Source: a virus
DNA: 64,000 nucleotides
Virus record (IMG/VR): IMGVR_UViG_3300036800_000073
Location: 31,584 to 95,583 of that record
Direction: 5' to 3' (one strand)
Part shown: positions 9,546-17,952 of the stretch, in pieces
How the letters are laid out: the number at the start of each line of letters is the position of its first letter
How positions within the stretch are numbered: position 1 is the first letter of the stretch
Notes under the pieces: model-generated
Database searches by the model: none
Told to the model about the DNA's origin: nothing
What the model saw: only the letters and a program-made list of their open reading frames with translations
Position numbers and translations under genes: made by a program

Positions 9546-10007
9546 TCACACTGCCAGCGAAATCTCCAGTTGCTTGCCGAGTGCATTGAGGGCTGCAGCA
9601 AGCGATCCAATCTTCGTGTTGTGGCGAAGATCCAGGAGCCGCGTCACTTCCTGGGGAGTGACGCGCATCCGGCGCGAGAGTTCGGCTTGGCTCATGCGTT
9701 GAGCGGCCATCTCGCCGATCAGCAGCAGCTTAACCGCGAAGTCTGGCGAAACGGCGATCAGGCGGTGTGCCTTACATACGCGCTGGTGATGTTTGCGAGA
9801 TGAACCATGGCCATGGCGAATTTTAGAGGGAACCGGCAGGGCTTTACCGTCGCGCACTAGAAAGTAGAGCGCCGATTCCAGAGCGTCTCGACCGTGGCGC
9901 ATGGCGTCTTCGAAATCGTCTCCCTGAGAGTAGACGCCGGGAAAGTCGGGAAAGCTGACCATAAAGGTGTCGCCGTCCGGTTGTATTGTCGCTACGTAGC
10001 TCAACAT
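9546..10007 (-). CDS. hicB: HicB-family antitoxin with C-terminal HTH
   Basis: YVATIQPDGDTFMVSFPDFPGVYSQGDDFEDAM...LPVPS, then SQAELSRRMRVTPQEVTRLLD. Confidence 0.9.
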   Translation of the reverse strand: MLSYVATIQPDGDTFMVSFPDFPGVYSQGDDFEDAMRHGRDALESALYFLVRDGKALPVPSKIRHGHGSSRKHHQRVCKAHRLIAVSPDFAVKLLLIGEMAAQRMSQAELSRRMRVTPQEVTRLLDLRHNTKIGSLAAALNALGKQLEISLAV

Positions 10008-10014
10008 GGTGTTC

Positions 10015-10200
10015 CTATCTGAGCCTGATCGCCAGGTCGCGTTCGATGGCCTTGAGAAGCCCGATGCCGATGTCCTTGCCGGAGTGCATAGGAAGGATGG
10101 ATTGCCTGCCGTTCAGAAGCACATGGAGATGAGAGCCTTTGCCCCATTCGAATGTGGCTCCCTTCGCCGCCAGCATCCGTCTTAATTCTTTCGCTCTCAT
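10015..10200 (-). CDS. hicA: HicA-family toxin (mRNA interferase)
   Basis: 61 aa; GKGSH catalytic motif, ILPMH..KDIGIGLLKAI; lies upstream of hicB. Confidence 0.9.
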   Translation of the reverse strand: MRAKELRRMLAAKGATFEWGKGSHLHVLLNGRQSILPMHSGKDIGIGLLKAIERDLAIRLR

Positions 10201-10206
10201 GATTAA

Positions 10207-10235
10207 AGTATAAGCAATTTTGCTGATGATTGCAA
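10207..10235 (-). promoter_or_regulatory. hicAB promoter with palindromic operator (probably leaderless mRNA)
   Basis: TTGCAA-17 bp-TATACT, 6 nt before the ATG; AGCAATTTTGCT imperfect palindrome in the spacer. Confidence 0.7.
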
Positions 10236-10370
10236 CATAATTTAACATCTTTGGTTTCAAGTGTTTAATGGCGTTATGCATTGATTATAAAGGCGTTACA
10301 TGGTAGCCGCGATAATCATTATGCCGAATCGCCGCGAAAAGGCTGGGAGGCGAGCCTGTGAGCGTTCACC

Positions 10371-10937
10371 ATGCCAGAACCGGCCAAGCGTCCCGTGGGG
10401 CGACCGAGCAAGAAATTCAATCAGCGACATGCTGAGCACATTCTGGATTGCTGGTCCTGTAGCGCATTCTCGCTGGAGCGTGTGTTGGAGGAATTAAGAC
10501 AAAAAGATGCCCGCTATCCAAGTCTTACCACCGTTTGGAGTTGGAAGCGTCGCTATCCAGAATTTGCGAAGGCTTACGCGCACGCGCGAATAGATCGCGC
10601 CGACTATATGGCGGATGGGGCGCTGGATGAGGCGCTGACCACGCGCAAAGGGATCTTCCGCAAGAGCAGCTTAAAGAGCGGCGTTAAGACCGATGAACTC
10701 CGCGAGGACGACAATGTTGCTCGCTCGCGATTGATTGCCGAAATGAAAATGCGCCGGGCCAGCCAGTTGAACCCGAAGGAATATCGGGAGCGGATGCCGG
10801 ATGCTCACGATGAAGGTCCCAACGAACAACTCGAAGCCCTGCAACGGGCGCTGCTCGACGGGCCGGTTGACACGCCGGAAGATGATCCGGGCAAAGCGAT
10901 CGAACCTGCGCCAGATGAGAAAGAGCCTGGGTCATGA
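10371..10937 (+). CDS. terminase small subunit
   Basis: GRPSK, HTH PSLTTVWSW...PEFAKAYAHAR; immediately upstream of TerL. Confidence 0.8.
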   Translation: MPEPAKRPVGRPSKKFNQRHAEHILDCWSCSAFSLERVLEELRQKDARYPSLTTVWSWKRRYPEFAKAYAHARIDRADYMADGALDEALTTRKGIFRKSSLKSGVKTDELREDDNVARSRLIAEMKMRRASQLNPKEYRERMPDAHDEGPNEQLEALQRALLDGPVDTPEDDPGKAIEPAPDEKEPGS

Positions 10938-12205
10938 GCGCGATCTTCAAACGCTTTGGCCGCAAGGCACAGCAGTTCATCACCAGGCATCCATCGAAAG
11001 ACAAGAAATACACTCTGCTCGAAGGCAGCGTTCGCAGCTCGAAGACGTTCGCGGTCGATGCCAAGCTCATCGCCCATCTATGTCTTTACAAGGTGGAAGG
11101 AAAGCGGGTAATCTGCGGCGCTACCAAGCAAACCGTTTATAAAAACATTCTGCTCGATCTGTTCGGCGTGGTGGGCCGAAAGAACTACACCTACAATGCC
11201 GCCAACGGCGAGCTGTGGCTGTTCGGAACGCAATGGTTCGTGATCGGCGCAAAAGACGAAGCGAGCTACAAGCAAATCCTGGGCATGACCATCGGCATCG
11301 CGATCTGCGATGAATGGACCGAGTTCCCGCGCAGCTTCACCATGCAGCTTTTCCTTCGCATGTCGCCGGAAGGATCGAGGCTGTATGCCACCACCAATCC
11401 CGGGACGCCGCAGCACTATCTTTTTACTGAAGTCATTCACGGCGAGGGATTCAAAAACGACATTGAGGTCATTCACTTCACGCTGGCCGACAATCCCAAT
11501 ATTGTGCCCGATGAAAAACAGCGCATCATCGCTTCGCAGACCGGGGTCTATTATCAGCGGTACATCCTTGGGCTATGGGTCGTTGCCGAGGGCGCTATCT
11601 ACAAGGATGCGTGGAACGACCGGCTGCTGTATAGCGAGCGGTCGAGGCCGGCCGGCTTGTATGGTGCGGGCGGGTTTGTCGATCATGTGATTGGCATCGA
11701 CTATGGGACAACCAATCCATGCGTGTTCCTCGAAGCCATTGATGATGGGGAACGCGCCTGGCTGGACCGCGAATACTTTTGGGATTCGGTCAAGGAAATG
11801 AAGCAAAAGACCGATTCAGAGTATGCCGACGATCTCGAAACATTCATTGCCGGCTCGCGCATCACGGGCCGCACTAATCCGCGGCTCGTGATTGATCCGA
11901 GCGCGGCCAGCTTCAAGTTGGAGTTGATCAAGCGCGGGCTTTGGGTCGTCGATGCCGATAACGATGTGGAGAATGGGATCCGCCGCGTGGCCAGTCTCAT
12001 GGCAATGAGGCGCTTGAGAGTGCACGAGGAATGCACCGAGTTCCGCCGCGAAGTCGGCATCTATGAGTGGGACAAAAAGAAAACGATGCTGGGCAAAGAG
12101 GAGCCGATCAAGGCTAACGATCACACCATGGACGACGTGCGCTATCTGCTCGCCGATCTGTTCCCGGACTGGCGCATGACTTCGGCGGTGGCGCTGGCCG
12201 CATAA
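10934..12205 (+). CDS. terminase large subunit (PBSX-like)
   Basis: EGSVRSSKT Walker A, AICDEW Walker B, TTNP coupling motif, GIDYG and DHTMDDVRY nuclease motifs. Confidence 0.95.
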   Translation: MSAIFKRFGRKAQQFITRHPSKDKKYTLLEGSVRSSKTFAVDAKLIAHLCLYKVEGKRVICGATKQTVYKNILLDLFGVVGRKNYTYNAANGELWLFGTQWFVIGAKDEASYKQILGMTIGIAICDEWTEFPRSFTMQLFLRMSPEGSRLYATTNPGTPQHYLFTEVIHGEGFKNDIEVIHFTLADNPNIVPDEKQRIIASQTGVYYQRYILGLWVVAEGAIYKDAWNDRLLYSERSRPAGLYGAGGFVDHVIGIDYGTTNPCVFLEAIDDGERAWLDREYFWDSVKEMKQKTDSEYADDLETFIAGSRITGRTNPRLVIDPSAASFKLELIKRGLWVVDADNDVENGIRRVASLMAMRRLRVHEECTEFRREVGIYEWDKKKTMLGKEEPIKANDHTMDDVRYLLADLFPDWRMTSAVALAA

Positions 12206-12223
12206 AGAAGAGGCTTTTCTCAA

Positions 12224-12826
12224 ATGGCGCGTTATCGCAACCAGCGGTTCTCAGATTTAGCTGACTTCGATCGCTGGCTAAGAGAGCGCGCGTCGATACG
12301 GATCGCCGCCGTATTCCCTTATCGAAACGAGATCGATGTTGTCTACGAGGTCGAATTCGTCGATCCCGTTGTAAAGTCGTTGGCACTTTTAACCGAGGGA
12401 GTTTCTATTCTCCGGTCGGTGCTGAGTTTCTTAAACAAAACCGACAACCGCATAGTGGGCGGTTCATTCCGCCAGATAGGAAATCCCATGCTCCCGATTC
12501 AGCCAGGCAATTCTCCGCAGTTTCAAGTCACCCCGACCTGGGCGACCCCTCCCGCCGATGGCGTGACCACCAAGCTGGCGCAAGCGTCTGTCACCAGCTC
12601 CGATCCCGTCAACTTTCCTGTCGCCTTGAATGGCGATGATCCGACCGGGCTCACGTTCACCGCTGCGATTCCGGCGACTGCTGTGCCCACGGGCGGAAAT
12701 GAAGCGATCACCGTGACCTGGTCCTATGAGAATGCGGACGGCACCACGGCCACGGTCACCGGCACCGTAACCGAGATTGGCATTGTGGACGATGTGACAG
12801 GCGGCACGTTCGCGCAGACGGTCTAG
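12224..12826 (+). CDS. hypothetical protein with Thr/Gly-rich beta (Ig-like) C-terminus, possibly structural
   Basis: Composition and position between TerL and portal; an internal start near 12488 is possible. Confidence 0.45.
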   Translation: MARYRNQRFSDLADFDRWLRERASIRIAAVFPYRNEIDVVYEVEFVDPVVKSLALLTEGVSILRSVLSFLNKTDNRIVGGSFRQIGNPMLPIQPGNSPQFQVTPTWATPPADGVTTKLAQASVTSSDPVNFPVALNGDDPTGLTFTAAIPATAVPTGGNEAITVTWSYENADGTTATVTGTVTEIGIVDDVTGGTFAQTV

Positions 12827-12950
12827 CGGCTTCCCACCACCAGAGGGTAGCAACCCTGAGTCTGCCGTGCGGGTGAAAGGCCCGCGCAATAATCATTATT
12901 CTTCTGAGGCTTATCTCGACCGGAGCCTGATCACAAAAGAGAGTGAGCCG

Positions 12951-14597
12951 ATGCCGAGACGCCGCGCAGCCAAGACGACGAAAAAACCCGGCGCGGTCAC
13001 AGAGTTTCCCAATGCGAACGAAGGGACGCTTCCGGAGATGGGACCGGTCGTAGGCGATTCCTACTCGAATCCCGCAGCGCGATTGGGTGTGGGCACGCCA
13101 AATCTTGCCGAGGCCGGTTACTATCCGCTCATTCGCCTCACTGAAGATTATCCGCTGATCCTGAGCCTCTATCGCAGCTCCTGGATTATCCGGCGCATCG
13201 TCGAGGCTGTGCCCGATGACATGCTGAAGTCGTTCCCGGCGCTGAATACCGAGATCAAGCCCGATCTCATCAAGCGGTTTGAAAAGATCGTGCGCAAGAC
13301 GGGAACACTCAAGAAAATCCGGCAAGCCGCCAAGTGGGGCCGCTTGTTTGGCGGCGCGGGAGCCGTGATCGTGATCGCCGGGCACCACGATCTAGCGGAG
13401 CCGCTCGACCTGGAGCAGGTGGAGCCCGGCTCATACAAGGGCTTGATCACGCTCGACCGCTGGAGCGGCATCATTCCGGGCCCGACGTTGAACGACGATA
13501 TCGAGGACACGGTAAACTTCGGCCTGCCTGCCAACTACAACTGCATCATGGATGCCGGTAGCACCGAAATCCACCATAGCCGCATTTTGCGCTTCATTGG
13601 ACGCGATCTGCCGCAATGGGAAAAACAAGTGGAATTGTATTGGGGAGAGTCCGAAGTCGAGGTCGTCTTCGACGAACTAAAAAAGCGCGACTACTCTTCT
13701 TGGAACATCGTGTCCCTGCTCACCCGAGCGCAGGTGATGTCGATTGAGGAGCCGCAACTTGCCGCGCTGATGTCGGGCATTACCGGAGGCCCGCAGGCGC
13801 ATCAGAACTTCGTTACCCGCATGGAGGCGATGAGCCAACTGCTCAACAGCCAAGGGCTCATGGTGCTGGGCAAGGATGGCAAGCTAAACCAGAACACCTA
13901 TAGCTTTGGCGGTATCTCCGATGTCTACCACGAATTCATGAAGGACTTGGCCGCGGCGTGCGGGATTCCCTATGAGATTCTATTCGGGCGGGAGTCGGGA
14001 TTGGGATCCAATGGCGAGGGTGGGCTGCAAATCTATTACGACATGCTGGAGCAAAAACGCACCAGCGACATAGACCCGGTGATCGATCAGCTCCTGCCAA
14101 TCATTGCCATGAGCGCGTTCGGCGAAGTGCCCGACGATCTCGATCATCATTGGCAACCCGTTCGCACCATGACAGAAAAGGAACGCGCCGAGTTGGCCAA
14201 GTCTACGGCCGATTCCATTGCCGTGTACTTCAATGCCGACCTGATGACCAAGCGCGAAGCCCGCATGGAAATTCAGCAGTCTTCGGTCGCAACAGGGATC
14301 GGCAGCAACTTGACGGATGAGGCCGTCGCAGCTACACCAGACAAATATGCGAGCGAACTTGGCATGGGCGAAATGCAAGGCGAACAAGGGGAGCAAGGGG
14401 AGCAGCCGGGGGAGAATGACGGCGAGGGAACCCCGGACCAAGATCAGCATCTCGAAGCCGGCCCGCAGCGCCCAAATCTCGGAGCGGGCAAAGTTGAAAA
14501 CCCATTCAGCCGCGAAGAGAGCAAAGACGACAATCCATTCAGCCGCGCGAACATGAAGGAACCGAAGGCGAGGCAACATGAAATGCCTGTTCGCTAA
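12951..14597 (+). CDS. portal protein (DUF1073-like)
   Basis: LYRSSWIIRRIVEAVPDDM, WGRLFGG, IHHSRILRF, GIPYEILFG; position after the terminase. Confidence 0.9.
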   Translation: MPRRRAAKTTKKPGAVTEFPNANEGTLPEMGPVVGDSYSNPAARLGVGTPNLAEAGYYPLIRLTEDYPLILSLYRSSWIIRRIVEAVPDDMLKSFPALNTEIKPDLIKRFEKIVRKTGTLKKIRQAAKWGRLFGGAGAVIVIAGHHDLAEPLDLEQVEPGSYKGLITLDRWSGIIPGPTLNDDIEDTVNFGLPANYNCIMDAGSTEIHHSRILRFIGRDLPQWEKQVELYWGESEVEVVFDELKKRDYSSWNIVSLLTRAQVMSIEEPQLAALMSGITGGPQAHQNFVTRMEAMSQLLNSQGLMVLGKDGKLNQNTYSFGGISDVYHEFMKDLAAACGIPYEILFGRESGLGSNGEGGLQIYYDMLEQKRTSDIDPVIDQLLPIIAMSAFGEVPDDLDHHWQPVRTMTEKERAELAKSTADSIAVYFNADLMTKREARMEIQQSSVATGIGSNLTDEAVAATPDKYASELGMGEMQGEQGEQGEQPGENDGEGTPDQDQHLEAGPQRPNLGAGKVENPFSREESKDDNPFSRANMKEPKARQHEMPVR

Positions 14598-15408
14598 CTC
14601 GCTCGATGTGATGCTGGATGGCTGGAGCGAGAGCGCGCATCCGCGCGTATCTAAAGGCAAAGGTGGCGGTCAGTTTACGTCCAAAGGTGGGAGCGGCTCT
14701 GCTCAAGCTGGTGCGGGATCGACCTCCCCCGCCGCTGCAAAGGCAGTTGCTGCTCCCGCAATTCCGCCAGAGATTCACGCGCATGTTGCCGACTATCAGC
14801 GATTGTTTCCTAAGACGTGGAAGCGGTTCAATGACTCCATGAGTTCGCTGGGGTCTGTCACGGGTCGCGTGAAGGCTGCAGATTCGCTGCAAGACAAGCT
14901 GGAGGGCCGCTACAAAGACAATGGCTGGGGTCTGGAGCACATCACCGACACTATCGGGATGCGCTGCACATCGGAAACGCTCGCAGGCGTATATGAGGGA
15001 GTCGCCGCCGTTCAGAAGCAATTCAAGGTGACTACCAATGAAAAAGGCGAGCCCGATGTAGACGACAAAATGATCAAGCCGCAAGGTTTCTACCGAGCGG
15101 TGCATATCATCGTCGATAGTCTGGACAAAACCGGCGTCAAGCGAGCCGAGATCCAGGTACGGACGATCCGCCAGTCCAACGTCGCCGATTGGGGACACGA
15201 CATCGCGTACAAAGGCAAGTTCGCCAAGCACGCCGAAGTGCGGGCCTATGCCAACGCTGTCGGCGACGCGAATTGGGAGTTGGACAACGGACGCGAAGCA
15301 AAAATGCCGGAGCCGCCCGAGATTCTGAAAAAGCATGGGCTGGAGTTCGATCCGGCGAAGACCTACTATTCGCATTGGCTGGCGAAAGAGAAGCCGGAGT
15401 TTCTGTGA
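14578..15408 (+). CDS. RelA/SpoT-type small alarmone synthetase with N-terminal FANSLD/HPR leader
   Basis: GRVK, DTIGMR, GFYRAVH, EIQVRT and HDIAYK synthetase motifs. Confidence 0.85.
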   Translation: MKCLFANSLDVMLDGWSESAHPRVSKGKGGGQFTSKGGSGSAQAGAGSTSPAAAKAVAAPAIPPEIHAHVADYQRLFPKTWKRFNDSMSSLGSVTGRVKAADSLQDKLEGRYKDNGWGLEHITDTIGMRCTSETLAGVYEGVAAVQKQFKVTTNEKGEPDVDDKMIKPQGFYRAVHIIVDSLDKTGVKRAEIQVRTIRQSNVADWGHDIAYKGKFAKHAEVRAYANAVGDANWELDNGREAKMPEPPEILKKHGLEFDPAKTYYSHWLAKEKPEFL

Positions 15409-15620
15409 TGGCCGACAAGTGGGATCGAAGCAACAAAGCGCCAAAATCGCTATTCCGCGTGATCGGCGAAGACTCGTTCGAGATGCCGCCAGCAAACTAT
15501 TGGGTAGGCGATTATAAGACCTACGAAGAGGCGCGCGCTACTGCTCGGAGCTGCGCCAAGCCCTTGAATCCGATGTGCGTTTACGACGACCTTGGGAAGC
15601 TGAAGTTCTTGATCGCATGA
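15408..15620 (+). CDS. small protein coupled to the SAS (candidate immunity protein)
   Basis: TGATG overlap with the SAS stop; 70 aa. Confidence 0.55.
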   Translation: MADKWDRSNKAPKSLFRVIGEDSFEMPPANYWVGDYKTYEEARATARSCAKPLNPMCVYDDLGKLKFLIA

Positions 15621-15785
15621 CGCCGCATGGTAATTTCATCGATGCTCATCTGGTCGCGAATCTGAAATCCGTGCTGATTTGCCGCCGCTGCCTGGCGCTG
15701 ATCTTTCCTGCCCACGCTCAAGCGCATAACGCATGGCACGAGCGGCTGCGCCGCGCTGTGGATGAGACGGAGATGTTGGAATCCA

Positions 15786-16253
15786 ATGAAGCCGACAGTC
15801 TTTGCCAATAGTCTTGATTACTGGTCGGCTTCGCAATGGGCGCTCGATGCGGGAGTGAATGAGACGCGGACGCTGCACGGGCTCACAATCATTATTGAGA
15901 ATCCGCAGTATTCCATGCGCGAAGGCTGGGGTTGGATGTCCGCGGCTCCGGCAGATTACGGCTATATAGCCGGCACGGTGGGAGCTGATGGCGATGAGGT
16001 TGATTGTTACGTCGGGCCAAACCCGCGCAGCCAAAACGTTTTCATTGTGGATCAAAACCGTCGAGGCGGCGCGGAGTTCGATGAACACAAAGTCATGCTC
16101 AATTATGATTCTGCGGCGGACGCCAAGCGGGATTATCTCGATGGCCATACCGAGGGAGCTGATATCTTTCGTTCCCTCACGCCAGTCTCGCTCCGGATGC
16201 TCAAGCTCTGGTTGCGACGCGGCGATATGACTAAGCCCTATAGCGAGGCGTGA
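15786..16253 (+). CDS. phage inorganic pyrophosphatase (InPase) domain protein with FANSLD leader
   Basis: IEN, YGYIAGTVGADGDEVDCYVG and FDEHKVML motifs. Confidence 0.8.
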   Translation: MKPTVFANSLDYWSASQWALDAGVNETRTLHGLTIIIENPQYSMREGWGWMSAAPADYGYIAGTVGADGDEVDCYVGPNPRSQNVFIVDQNRRGGAEFDEHKVMLNYDSAADAKRDYLDGHTEGADIFRSLTPVSLRMLKLWLRRGDMTKPYSEA

Positions 16254-16255
16254 CC

Positions 16256-17581
16256 ATGCGAGCGATCTTCGCCAACTCCTTGGACGTGATGCTCGATGGT
16301 TTTGAAGAATCGGAACATCCGCGAGCGGGCGAAGGTCCGGAGGGCGGACAGTTTGTCGCCAAGGGCGGCTCGGCTCCGGCTGCAAAACATCGCGTGCATA
16401 ACAAGTATGGCGAAGTGGGAGAGAAGTTCACCGCCACGATGGGCGCGAAACACCTGAAACCGGGCGATGTCTTAGCGGAGAATGAGCAAGGGCGGGCGCT
16501 GAAGGTTCTCAGCCTTGGACCAAAGACCTCCACGGGCGGGCAGTGGTACAACTTCGAAGTCGTTAATGCGGAAGCCGAACAGACCGGAGGCAAAGGATCG
16601 AAGTCGGCCCACCTGGTCGCTGCGCCAGCGGATCGCGAACAGTGGCCGGAGCACATCAAGAAGCTGGTGGTTCCGCCTGCATGGACCGGCGTTAAGATTG
16701 CGCAGAATCCCGATGCCGATTTGCTGGTGATCGGAAAAGACAAAGCCGGTCGCGATCAATATGTCTACTCGGAAAAGTTCTCGAAGTCGCAAGCGGCTTT
16801 GAAGTTCGCCCGCATGGAGGGACTGCGCAAGGATCGGCCACTCATCGAGGGCCAGCTCGCAGAGCTTCGCAAGAGCACTGAGCCAGGCAAACGCGATCAT
16901 GCCGACTGCGCCATCCTGGTTATGAAAATGGGCGTTCGCCCCGGCAGCGATACCGATACGAAGGCGAAAGTCAAAGCCTATGGAGCCACGACGCTTGAAG
17001 GCAAGCATGTCGTAGACGAAGGCGGAGCGGTGTTCTTGCGTTTCGTAGCCAAGAAAGGCATCTCGCTGAATTTGCCGGTCGAGGATAAGGCGCTGGCGGC
17101 GACGCTCACCAAGCGAGCGAAGAAAGCGGGCCCCGATGGGCGCATCTTCGGCGACGTTCGCGATGGCTCATTGCTCGACTTCGTGCATGGCCTGGATCAC
17201 GGCGGCTATAAGACGAAAGACTTTCGCACGGCGCTGGCGAATGACTTGGCGGCTCAAGCGATCAAAGGAGTCGCGAGGCCGGTAGACGCGAAGACATACA
17301 AGAAAGCGGTTCGTGAAGTGGCGCTCAAAGTATCGAGCAGGCTTGGCAATACGCCAACGGTTGCGCTCCAGTCCTACATCCATCCCGCTCTCTTCGCGCC
17401 GTGGCAGGGCGCAATGGCCGTAGTTCAGAAAAAGGGTGAGGCTCCGAAAGCCTCATCAGGTAAACCGGTAGAGAAGCTGTCCAGCAAGTCGCCGACTCCG
17501 GCCGCAGCCGGCCTGAATGCCGCGCAAAAAGCCTGGGCGACACGGCGAGCCGCGCGGGAGGCACAGAATGCCGCAGCCTGA
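16256..17581 (+). CDS. DNA topoisomerase IB with FANSLD/HPR leader
   Basis: PPAW, G.DKAGR.QY.Y, and catalytic pentad R (VRPG), K (AKKG), R (KDFRT), N (LGNT), Y (SYIHP). Confidence 0.9.
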   Translation: MRAIFANSLDVMLDGFEESEHPRAGEGPEGGQFVAKGGSAPAAKHRVHNKYGEVGEKFTATMGAKHLKPGDVLAENEQGRALKVLSLGPKTSTGGQWYNFEVVNAEAEQTGGKGSKSAHLVAAPADREQWPEHIKKLVVPPAWTGVKIAQNPDADLLVIGKDKAGRDQYVYSEKFSKSQAALKFARMEGLRKDRPLIEGQLAELRKSTEPGKRDHADCAILVMKMGVRPGSDTDTKAKVKAYGATTLEGKHVVDEGGAVFLRFVAKKGISLNLPVEDKALAATLTKRAKKAGPDGRIFGDVRDGSLLDFVHGLDHGGYKTKDFRTALANDLAAQAIKGVARPVDAKTYKKAVREVALKVSSRLGNTPTVALQSYIHPALFAPWQGAMAVVQKKGEAPKASSGKPVEKLSSKSPTPAAAGLNAAQKAWATRRAAREAQNAAA

Positions 17582-17741
17582 TTCCCTTCCCGATATTCAC
17601 TTTGGCAGCGCCGAGGCAGCATCGCTTGATTGGCGCAAATACAAGGATGATTCTCCCGATGACGATGAAGAGTTGGAGCACACGCCGCCGAGTATCGTCG
17701 CCATGCTCGGATTCGATCCCCGTGAGGCCGAAGACGGATGA
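17568..17741 (+). CDS. small acidic protein coupled to TopIB
   Basis: GGAGG RBS; 57 aa containing DDSPDDDEELEHTPPSIVAMLGFDP. Confidence 0.6.
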   Translation: MPQPDSLPDIHFGSAEAASLDWRKYKDDSPDDDEELEHTPPSIVAMLGFDPREAEDG

Positions 17742-17754
17742 TCGCGAGGTCCAC

Positions 17755-17952
17755 ATGTCTGTCGAGATTGATGCCAACACCATCACCATCAATGGGAAGC
17801 ATCTGGCGGTGAATGTGTTTTATGCCATCATGGACACCAGCTCAAGGCAACGCACCTTGTGGCAGTTCATCGAAAAGGATGGCGAGATTCAAGCTGTCGC
17901 TTATAGCGAGCGGCAAGTGATCTGGATCGATCATGGAGTCAATGAAGACTGA
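17755..17952 (+). CDS. hypothetical protein
   Basis: GAGG RBS; coupled to MuF. Confidence 0.5.
   Translation: MSVEIDANTITINGKHLAVNVFYAIMDTSSRQRTLWQFIEKDGEIQAVAYSERQVIWIDHGVNED

Noticed and set aside
12827-12890. tRNA or attachment-site remnant (CCACCA plus two hairpins)
   Set aside because: No cloverleaf or T-loop consensus; only generic hairpins.
12951-14597. Anti-CBASS Acb1 label sometimes attached to DUF1073 proteins
   Set aside because: No HxT/HxS phosphoesterase domain is visible. Position and motifs indicate a plain portal.
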